A stretch of DNA of 64,000 nucleotides from Cenarchaeum sp. (GCA_965206845.1 OZ242221.1:736001-800000); one strand, 5' to 3'; positions 1-10,823 are shown, counted from the stretch's first letter. Notes: generated by a model not told the origin, from the letters alone. Program-made: numbers and translations.

Positions 1-366
1 ATAGCGGAGCTGGTGGAGCAGAGGGGCTATGCGACCACTCTGGACATATCAAGGTACATGAACGTCAGCGCGCCCAGCGTGACCAAGATGCTACGCCGGC
101 TGGACGAGGCAGGATATCTCGAATACGAAAAGTACCACGGAATAAACCTCACACCAAAGGGCAGCGAGCTGGCAGAGGCCATCAGGCAGAAGCACAGCAT
201 CCTGCTGGAGTTCTTTGAGATTCTGGGGGTCGGCCACGAGACTGCCAACCTCGACGCAGAGGGCATTGAACACCACCTCAGCCCCAAGACCATCGGGCAG
301 CTAAGAAAATTCCTCATGTTTTTGAAGTCAAACCAGGCAATAATAGAGATAATCAAGAAGCTCTGA
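1..366 (+). CDS. DtxR/MntR-family metal-dependent transcriptional regulator (5' truncated by window edge)
   Basis: HTH 'DISRYMNVSAPSVTKMLRRL' and metal/dimerisation motifs 'KHSILLEFF', 'DAEGIEHHLS'; frame is open back to base 1. Confidence 0.9.
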   Translation: MAELVEQRGYATTLDISRYMNVSAPSVTKMLRRLDEAGYLEYEKYHGINLTPKGSELAEAIRQKHSILLEFFEILGVGHETANLDAEGIEHHLSPKTIGQLRKFLMFLKSNQAIIEIIKKL

Positions 367-2143
367 TCTTGACCCGAACATCGCGGGGATTGACCTTGGC
401 AAGATCCTGCGCCTCCCGGGAGTGCCTGTGGAGCTTGATGTAGCCGTTCTTGCCCACTTGGTCCGAGAGGATTACCTCATCGCCTGCGAGTATGTCGGCT
501 TCCATTCCACCGTACTCCCGCCCCACCATGAGGCACAGGGAGCGCTTTGACTCGGATATGCGAAGTGGTATCTCCGACGGCACCGCTGCCTGCTCCCTCT
601 CCTGTATGTCTATGCGAACCTGGAGCTGCTTCTCCAGCTCGGTTATCTTGGAGCCGCCGCGGCCGATTATAGCAGGTATGCATCTTTTGCCCACCCGGAT
701 TCGGACGCTGTTGCCTGACAGCACCTCGATCTGGGCATCGGGGTCAAACCGCCGAAATGTCTCGGTAATCTTCTCCTCAACCAGCTTGTGCATGTCGTGG
801 CCCTGGGTAACCGGTATGACGACATTCTCCTCGCCAAAGGTGTAGATCTCGTACTCCAGTATGCCGTCCTCAAAGTCGCGAATCTCGATTACCGGCCGTG
901 CCAGATCCTGCTCCACCATTCCAGAGGGAACCTTGATCTTCAGTTCCAGCTGGTACACCTTGTCGATCTGCCCGTACTTGACAAAGACCACGGTATCCAG
1001 GACGCTGGGAATGATGCCTAGCTCTATCTTGCCCATAAAGCGCTGAATCGAGTCCAGCGGGGCGCTGGCGTGCACCACGCCGACCATGCCCACCCCAGTA
1101 AGCCGCAGATCCGAGAATATCGTAAAGTCTTCGCGCCTCCTTATCTCGTCAAATATGGTGTAGTCGGGCCGGACAAGCATCAGTATGTCTGCCGAGTTTT
1201 CAAAGGAGCCGTCCAGCCTAGTGTACTGTGTGACTGCCCGGTCCACCTGCAGATCTCGCGGCGACTCGAAGGTCTTTACTATCTTTCCGGAGGAGTGGTA
1301 AAAGTTTGCAAGGCTCGATGCCAGGGTGCTCTTGCCGGAGCCCGGTGGTCCTGATATCAGCATGCCCTCGGCCTGCACGGTCAGTCTTGTCATGAGCTTC
1401 TCAGATATGCCATAATCCTTTAGGGACATCCGGACTGTGGGATGCACGATAGTAATCTCGTACTTTTCTGAGAAGGGCATCTGGGTGATGGCTATCCGGT
1501 AGTCGCCGTGCTGCACCACTAGCGCCCCGGGCTTGGATATCTCAACGTTCATCCCGGCCCTGGAGGACTCGAGTATCTGGGTGGTAATCTCGTGCAGGTA
1601 GTCCCGTGTAAGGGCCACATCCCCTGCTGGAACGAGCTCAAAGTGTCCCGGCTTGCCCCTCTTTGCCATGGCCGGCAACCCCTCCTTGAGGTGCACGCTC
1701 ATGGTCTGGGCATCAAAGTACTGCAGGAACTCCATCTGCTCATCCCTGGGAGTGGGATGCTGGAGGCTGACGGTGACTCCCTGAACCTCCGCCACCAGGG
1801 ACTGGACGCGGTCCGATGTATACAGTATGGCACTGTTCTGCACCGCAACATCCTTGATTATGGCGTCAATGCGCCCGCGCTCTGAGAGACTGACATCGTC
1901 CGCGCTAGGCCTTGATCCTGCAAATCGAATCTGCAGGTCAAAGCCTGCAGCCATCTCCTTTATCTTCCTGATCTCCTCCAGGCCGATAAAGCCCTCCTCC
2001 TTTTTTTGTGCGGCCTGGGACTGCAGCTCGTCTATGACGGCCTCGGGAATTATAATCTCCGAGCCTTCAAAGCCGCCGGATCTTATCAGCTCGGTAATCC
2101 GTCCGTTGATAACTATGCTTGTATCTACAACTATCTTATCCAA
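353..2143 (-). CDS. PIN-domain ATPase with C-terminal KH domain (PINA/VapC-ATPase)
   Basis: N-terminal PIN 'IVVDTSIVI...PEAVIDEL', Walker A GPPGSGKST, 'FDEIRR', KH motif IIGRGG. Confidence 0.9.
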   Translation of the reverse strand: MDKIVVDTSIVINGRITELIRSGGFEGSEIIIPEAVIDELQSQAAQKKEEGFIGLEEIRKIKEMAAGFDLQIRFAGSRPSADDVSLSERGRIDAIIKDVAVQNSAILYTSDRVQSLVAEVQGVTVSLQHPTPRDEQMEFLQYFDAQTMSVHLKEGLPAMAKRGKPGHFELVPAGDVALTRDYLHEITTQILESSRAGMNVEISKPGALVVQHGDYRIAITQMPFSEKYEITIVHPTVRMSLKDYGISEKLMTRLTVQAEGMLISGPPGSGKSTLASSLANFYHSSGKIVKTFESPRDLQVDRAVTQYTRLDGSFENSADILMLVRPDYTIFDEIRRREDFTIFSDLRLTGVGMVGVVHASAPLDSIQRFMGKIELGIIPSVLDTVVFVKYGQIDKVYQLELKIKVPSGMVEQDLARPVIEIRDFEDGILEYEIYTFGEENVVIPVTQGHDMHKLVEEKITETFRRFDPDAQIEVLSGNSVRIRVGKRCIPAIIGRGGSKITELEKQLQVRIDIQEREQAAVPSEIPLRISESKRSLCLMVGREYGGMEADILAGDEVILSDQVGKNGYIKLHRHSREAQDLAKVNPRDVRVKIRAS

Positions 2144-2423
2144 AAACGCTAATCGGTTTTGCTGTTTTTATTGCTCACTTAAGTTTTTAGAATCGAGCTA
2201 CGCCTAACATGGCATCGGTCCACCTGCCGTCCGAGACTGGCGCTATGGCTAGCCCGAAATTAGCGTGCCCGAGTGCAGGGCGTGACTGCATATCCGGCAG
2301 ACCCGCGGCCGCGTCCTGCCGTGATCACGGCAGGGATCGGACTGGCCCGTACCTTGCGCAAGAATGGAAATCTGTGAAACCAAAAAAGTTAGGTTTATTA
2401 CCAGATTACAGGAATTAAGGTAA

Positions 2424-3683
2424 ATGAACATTAGAATACTGTTCACAACATTAATTGCCGGCATGCTTGTTGTAGGCGCCGCTCCTTCAGCCTGGGGCTC
2501 TGCCCAGCTGGACGCGCTGATAAACCCCAACAACAGCGAGTCACCATTTGAGATCAAGTACCAGCGATCGGTCTTCATCGAGTACGAGGACGGCGGTCAG
2601 ATCGCAGATGCCCTGAGAGGCGCCAGTGGCTCGTTTGCGTTCACGCAATCTGACGGCGACCCGGAGGTGGAGAACCTCAAGGGACTGATCAACCAGAACA
2701 TCCGGTCCGCCCAAAGCCCCACCAGCATCAAGGAACTCAATGTCGACTATCTGGTGACCCTCAGCGGCAACCAGGAGCTGACATCCATAGACTACAAGAT
2801 TGTGCTCACCGGCACGTTGCAGGATTACATAATCGTTGAAGGCCAAGGAGCCGGGAGATCCATCATCGATATAGGATGGAGGGATCTCACGGCAGACGGC
2901 CCAGTTAGCATGCAGGGAGGAGAGATCAACCTCCCCATCAGTGCCATAGACCAGCTGGCTCCCGATGTGGCAGCGGTAATCCAGGGCGAGGCCAGGGATC
3001 TTTTGGAGCGGCCGCTCATTGATGCAGCCCAGATCCACAACCAGCCCATTGCAACCTGGCACTTTCTGTTTGATGCCACGGGAATAACCGAGGATGCGCT
3101 CCAGTTCGGCCTGTCAGAGGAGATCGCCGGGTTTGTGGTGTCCAAGTTCACCATGGGAGAGAGCAGCATCAGAGAGGGGATAAAGATAGAGAGGGAGTTT
3201 GAGGCCACATTTACCCATGACAGAGAGTACACCGTCAGAACCCTCGAGTCATCAGACAGTGCCAGCCTGTCCGTAATCGGATTTGCAGTAGGAGACAGTC
3301 TGGATGACACCGAGGTATTAGGGGTAACGCCAGAACCGCCGGAGGGAACCTCGATCAAGCCAACAGGCGACTTTCCCGTATTCATCATATACGGAATGGC
3401 AGGACTGGCAGCAGTGGGCGGCGGGGCGTTCTTCCTGTTCAGCAACAGGGCCCTGAAAAAGGAGGCAAACATGGGACAGCAGGGAATCGATCCGTCCAGA
3501 CTTACAGCGTACCAGACCAGCTCGAGCGCGGGCGGCTATCAGACCAACAGGGCAGAGGCACAGCTCAAAGTCGGCGACGACTACCAGAAGCACCGGAGCG
3601 TGTACGACGAGGCGCAGGACTCGCAAAAGGATGATGACGACACGCCACAGAGTACCAAGGGCGCCATGCCCAAGGGCTGGTAG
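2424..3683 (+). CDS. Secreted, C-terminally membrane-anchored hypothetical protein
   Basis: Signal-peptide-like N-terminus, acidic body, TM segment 'VFIIYGMAGLAAVGGGAFFLF'; TATA-like TTTATTA at ~2394. Confidence 0.75.
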   Translation: MNIRILFTTLIAGMLVVGAAPSAWGSAQLDALINPNNSESPFEIKYQRSVFIEYEDGGQIADALRGASGSFAFTQSDGDPEVENLKGLINQNIRSAQSPTSIKELNVDYLVTLSGNQELTSIDYKIVLTGTLQDYIIVEGQGAGRSIIDIGWRDLTADGPVSMQGGEINLPISAIDQLAPDVAAVIQGEARDLLERPLIDAAQIHNQPIATWHFLFDATGITEDALQFGLSEEIAGFVVSKFTMGESSIREGIKIEREFEATFTHDREYTVRTLESSDSASLSVIGFAVGDSLDDTEVLGVTPEPPEGTSIKPTGDFPVFIIYGMAGLAAVGGGAFFLFSNRALKKEANMGQQGIDPSRLTAYQTSSSAGGYQTNRAEAQLKVGDDYQKHRSVYDEAQDSQKDDDDTPQSTKGAMPKGW

Positions 3684-4118
3684 CAAGAGTTAGTGCGTGC
3701 CAGTAGTAACCCTCCTTCTGTTTTCACGATATTCAGCTTTGCAGTCCACCTGAGCCGGTTACAGGAAACCGTTGGCTCCGTTTGACCTTGCTCCATGTGG
3801 GACAGATCTTTCACTCCATGCTTGGAAACCTCAGGCTTTGGGGCCATCACCGTACGCCAAGCCGGATCTTTTTCTGTTCTGTTGCCTGCCATCTCTGACA
3901 ACCCATCTCCAGGCCACATCTCCTGTATGGAGGGAGGAGTTTCCTCTGCCGTGGCAGCATGTCGCGCTCTGGCTCGCACCACACCTGCTATGCATCGCAC
4001 AAATTTGAACATTTCTGTGGTGTGTGAACCAAAAAACCGCCGCAGGGCAGCGTGGCAGGTCGCACAAACCGGCACGGCCTAGAAAGAGATATTATCGTTC
4101 TCTGGATCCTACACTGTA

Positions 4119-5696
4119 TTGTTTTTAGTATTGGCAACGGCAGCCTGTCTTGTTATTCTGGCAGGATATGCATACCAGGGCGCGTCTGCCGAGCCTGTCC
4201 TCCATGACGAGGGCCTGATCCTCGAGAGGTACGTCTCCGGCCTCTGCTGCGGAGTGACCACCATGGAGTTCATAGATCAAGACACCCTGCTGGTTCTGCA
4301 GAAGAACGGCAAGGTCAGGCTGGTTCGCGACGGACTCCTGCAGAGCGAACCGGTTCTTGTGGTTGACACCCAACCCGTCAGGGAAGCAGGCCTGCTCGGG
4401 ATTGCCGCCGTCAACTCCACGGTGTACATTTACTATACAGCGACCATCGGCGAAGATCGACTGTTAAACAGGATTTACAAGTACGCATGGGACGGGGATG
4501 CCCTGATCAACCCGGTCCTGGTCAAGGAGCTTCCCGCGAACCTGTACCACAACGGCGGGGCGATGATAGCAGACCAAGACGGCCAGGTGTACGCCGTCAT
4601 AGGCGACACGGGCAGGTACGGGCCGCTCCAGAACAAAAAGCTGGAGAACCTGTTCCCTCCAGGAATCACCGACTACCTGGACACCGGCGTGGTTCTGCGG
4701 GTCGATCCCGAAGGCCCGTACTGGGCAGTGGGCATCAGGAACAGCTTTGGCCTTGCCATCGATCCGCTTACCGGCAACATGTGGGACACGGAGAACGGCG
4801 ACGATGACTACGATGAGATCAACATGGTGCCAGACGGGTTCAACAGCGGATGGCAGGCCATCATGGGCCCGGCAACACAGGAGGAGCTGGAGCGCCTCAT
4901 CGGGTACGGGGACTACCAGTACCAGGATCCAAAGTTCAGCTGGAAGCGCACGGTTGCTCCCGCCGGCATAGGCTTTGCAAACTTTGAGGAGACAGACGAG
5001 TACGACAGCTCGGTCTTTGTGGGAGACTGCAACAACAGCCGCCTCTACAGGTTTCAGCTGAACCCGGAGCGCGATGGGTTTGTGTTCACCAGTCCCGGCC
5101 TTCAGGATCTTCTGGCAGATGAGGGCGACTCCATGGATGAGATCATAGTCGGCACCGGTCTTGGATGTATTACCGGTATCAGGACTGGGCCTGACGGCTA
5201 TTTGTACCTGGCAAGTCATGTGGAGAATGTGATCTACAGAATTCTGCCCGCAGAGGCGGCGAGATCCCCCGAACCGGCGGATCCGCCAGGCGGCGGGTGC
5301 CTCATCGCCACAGCGGCATATGGCACGGAGCTGGCGCCGCAGGTGCAGCTCCTGCGGGAGACCCGGGACGGACGGCTGCTCTCCACCGCATCCGGGGCGG
5401 CATTTGTCTCTGCATTCAACTCCGCATACTACTCGTTCTCGCCTGCAGTCGCTGACCTTGAGAGGGAGAGCCCGGCCCTCCGCGAGGCGACAAGGCACAT
5501 GATCACCCCGATGCTGTACTCCCTGTCGCTGATGACGCTGGCAGACGAGGGCTCGGAGCTGCAGACTGTGGGGCTGGGCATCTCCGTGATTCTGCTGAAC
5601 CTGGGAATGTACGTGGCAGCCCCCGCGGCGGCGGCATGGCAGATCAGGAGGCGGCTCCTTCGGCCGTCGGCCGCACAGGGCCCGGCCGGCAGATAG
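4119..5696 (+). CDS. PQQ-dependent glucose/sorbosone dehydrogenase-like beta-propeller with C-terminal CFI-box-CTERM domain
   Basis: 'EAGLLGIA', 'HNGG', 'GIRNSFGLAIDP', 'DTENG..DEIN' motifs; 'GGGCLIATAAYGTELAPQVQLLRE' CFI-box and terminal TM. Confidence 0.85.
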   Translation: MFLVLATAACLVILAGYAYQGASAEPVLHDEGLILERYVSGLCCGVTTMEFIDQDTLLVLQKNGKVRLVRDGLLQSEPVLVVDTQPVREAGLLGIAAVNSTVYIYYTATIGEDRLLNRIYKYAWDGDALINPVLVKELPANLYHNGGAMIADQDGQVYAVIGDTGRYGPLQNKKLENLFPPGITDYLDTGVVLRVDPEGPYWAVGIRNSFGLAIDPLTGNMWDTENGDDDYDEINMVPDGFNSGWQAIMGPATQEELERLIGYGDYQYQDPKFSWKRTVAPAGIGFANFEETDEYDSSVFVGDCNNSRLYRFQLNPERDGFVFTSPGLQDLLADEGDSMDEIIVGTGLGCITGIRTGPDGYLYLASHVENVIYRILPAEAARSPEPADPPGGGCLIATAAYGTELAPQVQLLRETRDGRLLSTASGAAFVSAFNSAYYSFSPAVADLERESPALREATRHMITPMLYSLSLMTLADEGSELQTVGLGISVILLNLGMYVAAPAAAAWQIRRRLLRPSAAQGPAGR

Positions 5697-5707
5697 CCGC
5701 CCGTGCC

Positions 5708-6208
5708 TCAGGATGGCTGCCCCATGCCGTGCTCTGCCAGAATACCGGGAATCTGCTCCTGGGACTTCATTGCGGCGTAGTCATCTAGCAGGCTCTGGTT
5801 CAGCTCAAGGAATGTGTGGCCCCACCTGAACTTGTCAAGTATGAGGCGGGGGGTTGCCGCATCACCCAGGATGTAGAGCGCGGCGGCAGCCGCCTCTGCG
5901 GTGCTCAGCTTGCCCCGTTTTGCATAGTTGACGGAGTTTCCTGCGAGAAGGGGCGGGAGCCTGCGCGCAATTCCCCGGAACCTGCCGGAGAACGCCGGAC
6001 CGGCCCTGTTCCAGGAACAGTCCACTGCGGTTATCGAGTTTGCCAGTGCCCTGTCGCCGGGAACCAGAAAACGGTCGGCAAAGGGATCCAGCAGTATCGT
6101 GCTGTCGGCTGTCCTTTTGACCGCCCTGGCCAGATCAAACCTCACCATTCTTGCCGCGGTGCACTTTTTTGGATCATCCTGCCGCAACATCAAAACCCGA
6201 ACATGCAA
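5708..6208 (-). CDS. tsr3: rRNA aminocarboxypropyltransferase Tsr3 (DUF367)
   Basis: 'QDDPKKCTA', 'DCSW', 'RRLPPLLAGNSVNY', 'LSTAEA', 'FRWGHTFLELN'. Confidence 0.92.
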   Translation of the reverse strand: MHVRVLMLRQDDPKKCTAARMVRFDLARAVKRTADSTILLDPFADRFLVPGDRALANSITAVDCSWNRAGPAFSGRFRGIARRLPPLLAGNSVNYAKRGKLSTAEAAAAALYILGDAATPRLILDKFRWGHTFLELNQSLLDDYAAMKSQEQIPGILAEHGMGQPS

Positions 6209-6256
6209 GTACCAACAGGTATACGGGAAGGATATTTGTTTATTCTGTGGCTGTCA

Positions 6257-9031
6257 TCACGGAACCGGCAGATATGTAACGGTGTAGTAGAACCGCGTAG
6301 GCTGGTTGCCGCCGGATACGTTCACGATCCACGTGGAGTCGTCGATTGCGGCAGAGTTCGCAGGCGATATTGTAAACGTCCCTATGCGGATACCAGCCTT
6401 GCCATACTCTACGATGTAATCGGCATCGCCGATCCGGACAGTCGAGCCTGCACCCGTGGTGGGTTTTCGAATCGCGCAGTCATCGCCTGAGCCTATGACG
6501 CACAAACCGCCGGACGACAGCGCCGTGATCCCGGACGGGCCATATCCTGCAGTAACCAGCAGCCCGGTAATCTCATGCGGCGCGTAGCCAATGCCGCCAT
6601 CCATACGCTCCTGTACGCCAATGGCGATCAGGGAATCAGAAATCCTGCTAAACCTTTCCGCTATTGGTGTGGCAGGGACAGGGACGGGCAGATCGTCACC
6701 GGGTTCAGGGACGGTTTCTGGCGGAATAGCGTCCTGAACCTGTGGGTCGGGCTCCGGAATCGGGATATCGACAGGCCTCGGGACAACCTCAAACAGAGCC
6801 GAGCTGTTGGTGTAGCCTGCATCCACCAGCACCTCGTACCTTCCCAGGGGTTCGGACTCGGAGAGTGCGTACTTGAGACGGAATGCGCCATCAGCGCCGG
6901 CAGGTATGCTGACAGAGGCGATCTGGGATCCGCATATCGATGGGCCACATACCGCATCTGCCCCAGACTCGTAGATTACAGAGACATCAAAGAACTCGAC
7001 ATATGCAAGGCCCGCAAGGCTGGCAGATACCGGCACGACATCCCCGGGATGGTATAGATCCCCGTCAAGGCTTACCAGCAGCTCCGATCCCCCGTCCCCA
7101 GGCAGGTCCGCTATCGAGAACCTGGTCTCCGCAGCGTGTTCCCCATAGCTTGCCCGGATCGTGTATGTTCCCTCAGGGATTATGTTGGTTGGCAGTGGAA
7201 ACTCGGCCTCGTAGTATCCATCATCAAGAAATACAAACGAGACAAATGGGTCGATGCCTGAACCAAAGTCGACGGCCACGCGCACCCGCTCCGGCACTCC
7301 GGAGACCATTCTATTGCTGTCCTGTGCGGTTCCCTCGACTACGAGCACGCCGCCGGACTTGTAGATGGATTCCCGGGAGCCAACGGTCAGTGGTGGAACG
7401 GGGCCGCCGTCGGGATTCTCAGATACCTCGAAGACCGCCGCTTTGTGAGTCTCCTGGATCCGCATTACCAGCATGTACTCCCCGTAGACAGCATCGTTTG
7501 CCGCCGGCGTGCCCCAAGTGGCAGCAAACTCGGCGCCTTCCACGGCAGACCTAAAGTAGAACACGTCGCCGTCAGGTGCGGTCACCGTGTAGTGAACTGC
7601 CTGTCCGTCAGACGAGTCATGGATGCCGGCTATCACGACCTGATCTCCGGGCCCGTACACCCGCCTGTCAAGATGGGCATGGATTTCGGGTTCGCCGGAG
7701 TCGCCTGCCACGACAAGAAAGCGATCCGAGGCCAGCAGGCCGCCGTGGTATGAGGCCCTCAGCCAGTACTCGCCGGGGAAGATCTTCGGATCCAGGCGGA
7801 GCTCTCCGGCAAAGAGACCGCTGCCGTCCAGGCTGGCATTGGATCCCGCGGGAAGCAGGTTGCGTGTAGGGTCGCTTACACGGTACAGCAGGAGATCTAC
7901 GTGCTCCACGCCTGCGACCGTGTCTGCCACCCGGCCATACGCGAGCACCGTCTGGCCCGCCCGGTAGACGGCTCCGTCAGTAGAGAGCGCCAGTGAGACG
8001 TCCAGGGTGCCCGGAGACACAAGGCCGTCTGTCACGGGAACGACAAGGGTTCCGCTCTCAGCAGACGTAGAGACCTTGACGGTGTATTGGCCCAGCCCCT
8101 TTGGGCCCGGCGGGATGGCAAATTTGTAGTCAAACGAGCCGTCGTCTGCAGCCTGGATCACATCAGACAGATACATCCGCGGGGTTCCGGCGGATCTGTC
8201 TGTTGCAGTATTGACATAGGTAACCTTGACCATGATGGGATCAAAATCGCTGTAGACCACCGAGCCCGTGACATGGACCGTCTGGCCTGGGCTGTACATG
8301 CCTCCGCCGGCAGACAGCGCAATTGTCCGGTCCACCGCATTCCGCAGCTCTACCTGTGTCGAGGCGGCAAGGCCCGTATACGCGGCATCGATCACGTATA
8401 TGCCGGAGATCAGATCTGCCCGGTTTATGTGAAAGGAGGTCGAGGATTGCATGCCCTCAAGCCCGTTTGGATTCGCCTTTGGAATCTGGGTCTCCTCGTA
8501 TACCAGGCTGCCCAGGGGATCTCTGATTGTAATGCGCAGGGTTTCGCCGGAGATCAGCTGATCTGCACTCACCTGTATATTCACGCGTTGATTCGGCACG
8601 TATGCCAGCCTGTCGGCAGATACGGTAAGCGGAACCCTTTGCTCTGGTTCGATGGGATCCACCACCACCAGACCCAGCTCCTGGGTTGCACCGCCATAGG
8701 ATGCCGTCACGGTGTAGTTACCCGCATCTGCTCTGGCAGGATGCAGCGATACGCTGGTCTCAAAACCCAGCAAGTGGTCAGGAAGTATGGAGATGGCTTC
8801 AAGGTAGTCAGGACCGCGAACCGTCACATCGACAAACTCCACCTGGTTTGCCAGACTCACCACCCTGGAGACGCTGCCAGATATCATGACGCTCTCCCCC
8901 AGGACATATCTGTCACTGTCCGTCTCCAGCGTAATTGTGACGGGAGCCGTATCCTGTTGCGCATGTGACGGGACGGTTCCCACTACGGCCAGTAACAGAA
9001 CCAGCACGACTGTCGGTATTGCGAGCTTCAT
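6257..9031 (-). CDS. Large secreted surface protein with repeated Ig-like modules
   Basis: Signal peptide; about seven repeats of 'D..Y.PG..V.I.G...G.Y.V.A.Y'; Pro-rich linker near C-terminus. Confidence 0.75.
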   Translation of the reverse strand: MKLAIPTVVLVLLLAVVGTVPSHAQQDTAPVTITLETDSDRYVLGESVMISGSVSRVVSLANQVEFVDVTVRGPDYLEAISILPDHLLGFETSVSLHPARADAGNYTVTASYGGATQELGLVVVDPIEPEQRVPLTVSADRLAYVPNQRVNIQVSADQLISGETLRITIRDPLGSLVYEETQIPKANPNGLEGMQSSTSFHINRADLISGIYVIDAAYTGLAASTQVELRNAVDRTIALSAGGGMYSPGQTVHVTGSVVYSDFDPIMVKVTYVNTATDRSAGTPRMYLSDVIQAADDGSFDYKFAIPPGPKGLGQYTVKVSTSAESGTLVVPVTDGLVSPGTLDVSLALSTDGAVYRAGQTVLAYGRVADTVAGVEHVDLLLYRVSDPTRNLLPAGSNASLDGSGLFAGELRLDPKIFPGEYWLRASYHGGLLASDRFLVVAGDSGEPEIHAHLDRRVYGPGDQVVIAGIHDSSDGQAVHYTVTAPDGDVFYFRSAVEGAEFAATWGTPAANDAVYGEYMLVMRIQETHKAAVFEVSENPDGGPVPPLTVGSRESIYKSGGVLVVEGTAQDSNRMVSGVPERVRVAVDFGSGIDPFVSFVFLDDGYYEAEFPLPTNIIPEGTYTIRASYGEHAAETRFSIADLPGDGGSELLVSLDGDLYHPGDVVPVSASLAGLAYVEFFDVSVIYESGADAVCGPSICGSQIASVSIPAGADGAFRLKYALSESEPLGRYEVLVDAGYTNSSALFEVVPRPVDIPIPEPDPQVQDAIPPETVPEPGDDLPVPVPATPIAERFSRISDSLIAIGVQERMDGGIGYAPHEITGLLVTAGYGPSGITALSSGGLCVIGSGDDCAIRKPTTGAGSTVRIGDADYIVEYGKAGIRIGTFTISPANSAAIDDSTWIVNVSGGNQPTRFYYTVTYLPVP

Positions 9032-9125
9032 CTTTGTATCCCTAAATGAGCAGACAGCCTGTTTTTTAAGTTATGACCGCCGGGAGTCGCGAGCGTCCGG
9101 ATCCACATGCAGGCATCCGGGGCCA

Positions 9126-9371
9126 TTACATATCCTCCTGCGCCATCTGCTTTTTTGAGGCTATGCTCTTGATCGCAAAGAAGATGCAGGCGCCGATTCC
9201 AACCGCAAATACCGGCGCCACAAAGGGCGTCATTCCAATTACCATCAGGGCCGTACCGGCGACAAGTATTGCATCCCGCCTCACAAACCTCAACGTATGT
9301 GATGCGCCATGAACCGATAAAAGGATAGTGCCGTGGCTCAGGCCAAATTGGTTCTCTTCACTGCATGTCAT
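9126..9371 (-). CDS. Small two-TM membrane protein (true start probably internal)
   Basis: Hydrophobic hairpin 'ILVAGTALMVIGMTPFVAPVFAVGIGACIFFAI' followed by basic tail. Confidence 0.5.
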   Translation of the reverse strand: MTCSEENQFGLSHGTILLSVHGASHTLRFVRRDAILVAGTALMVIGMTPFVAPVFAVGIGACIFFAIKSIASKKQMAQEDM

Positions 9372-9597
9372 TACTCTAACTCTTCTTCATCGCCCGGCGA
9401 TGGTGTACCGGCATCCCGGAGTAATAGTTTTTTGTCAGGCTGGCCTTGGCCGTATCCCTTCTGGGCTGCCGGAACGGGCCGGAGGCGAGTCACGGGCCGT
9501 GGTCTGGGCAGTGCCGTCAGATGTGCGGCGTGCCGCATATGGCCGGATCCACGGGTGCGGATCGATGGCAGCGAGGGCGCCTTCCCGATGCAAAGAG

Positions 9598-9674
9598 TGG
9601 CGGGATTGGCAGGATTTGAACCTACGACCCCTGGTACCCAAAACCAGAATCATACCAAGCTAGACTACAATCCC
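9598..9674 (-). tRNA. tRNA-Pro(TGG), CCA encoded
   Basis: Acceptor GGGATTG/CAATCCC, anticodon arm CTGGT-TTTGGGT-ACCAG, T-loop GTTCAAATC. Confidence 0.92.
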
Positions 9675-9752
9675 ACAAGGTACGGCAAGTCGGTACCTCA
9701 ATTTAACTTTGGTACATTAGATTTTAAATAACGACCGGCAGGGATCGTAACA

Positions 9753-10646
9753 GTGGAGACGGACAGCTACCTCAGGGCAGGCAGAATAGCAGCCGAGGTA
9801 AGGGAGATGGCAAGGAACAAGAACTGGGTTGGAAGAACCACCTACGAGATATGTGAGGAGATCGAGGGCGAGATAGCAAGGCGCGGGGCAGTATGCGCCT
9901 TTCCGGTAAACACCAGCATAAACGAGGTGGCGGCCCACTACACCGCAGAGCCCAACGACACGCTTACCATCACGGAGAATGACCTTCTGAAGATCGACCT
10001 GGGAGCCCAGATAGACGGGTACATTGCAGATACCGCAGTTACCGTCAACTACAACCCCGAGTACGACTATCTGGTAAGCACCGCAGAGGAGGCGCTGGAG
10101 AACGCGCTGGCGGTGGCGCGGGCCGGCGTCAAGACCAGCAAGATTGGAAGAACCATCGAGGATACCGTAAAGCGGAACAGCTGTCTGCCGATAGCCAACC
10201 TCAGCGGCCACTCGCTGGATCGGTACACGATACACGCAGGAAGATCCATCCCCAACATATGGTCCCTGTCCTTGGAGTCGCTCTCGGCCTCGTCGGCTTA
10301 CGCCTGCGAGCCCTTCGTTACAACAAAGAATGGCGCGGGCTTTGTAAAAAACGGCAAGACAAAGAACATCTACGCCCTGGCATCACGGAAGAGGACAAAG
10401 AACGCAGACGCAGACAAGCTGCTGGAGTATATCTGGGAGAGCTTTAACATGCTGCCCTTTGCCCTGCGCTGGATCCTAAAGGACTACCGGGAGGATCGGG
10501 CAAGGGAGCTGTTGGAGGTTCTGGTAAAGAAGAAGGCGGTGCGCGCCTACCCGGTACTGGTAGAGGTCATGGGCCAGAGGGTGGCGCAGGCAGAGCACAC
10601 GTTCATACCCGGAGACGACGGAATCACCGTAACGACCAAGGCCTAG
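9753..10646 (+). CDS. map: Methionine aminopeptidase type II
   Basis: 'AFPVNTSINEVAAHYT', 'KIDLGAQIDGYIADTA', 'NLSGH', 'ACEPF', 'AQAEHT'. Confidence 0.95.
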   Translation: METDSYLRAGRIAAEVREMARNKNWVGRTTYEICEEIEGEIARRGAVCAFPVNTSINEVAAHYTAEPNDTLTITENDLLKIDLGAQIDGYIADTAVTVNYNPEYDYLVSTAEEALENALAVARAGVKTSKIGRTIEDTVKRNSCLPIANLSGHSLDRYTIHAGRSIPNIWSLSLESLSASSAYACEPFVTTKNGAGFVKNGKTKNIYALASRKRTKNADADKLLEYIWESFNMLPFALRWILKDYREDRARELLEVLVKKKAVRAYPVLVEVMGQRVAQAEHTFIPGDDGITVTTKA

Positions 10647-10649
10647 GGA

Positions 10650-10823
10650 CTACTTGGCAGTCTCGCCGTAGATCATCTCTATAGTCACCACGCCGCCGCA
10701 CGGACACTGTGCCGACTCGGCAAACAGGCAGTCCCCCGGGGCAAACTTCGCCCGGGTCTCCCTGCTGCAGGACCCGCACCGGGATACCGTGTACGCCGTG
10801 GTGACCTTGGGCTTCTTGAACAT
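10650..10823 (-). CDS. Small Zn-ribbon-like protein (57 aa, below the ORF-track cutoff)
   Basis: Manual translation MFKKPKVTTAYTVSRCGSC...CPCGGVVTIEMIYGETAK; its ATG overlaps the TGA of the upstream DUF1512 gene. Confidence 0.65.
   Translation of the reverse strand: MFKKPKVTTAYTVSRCGSCSRETRAKFAPGDCLFAESAQCPCGGVVTIEMIYGETAK

Noticed and set aside
2045-2054. GGGAATTATA matching the element TIR
   Set aside because: Only 10 bp, inside the intact PIN-ATPase frame, with no partner end or TSD.
3690-4110. ORFs or element remnant in this intergenic gap
   Set aside because: No motif, TIR or TSD recognised; same for 18550-18880, 30720-31095 and 59930-60400.
9598-9602. G discriminator base in tRNA-Pro
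   Set aside because: Possibly atypical, but I cannot establish the lineage norm without a database.
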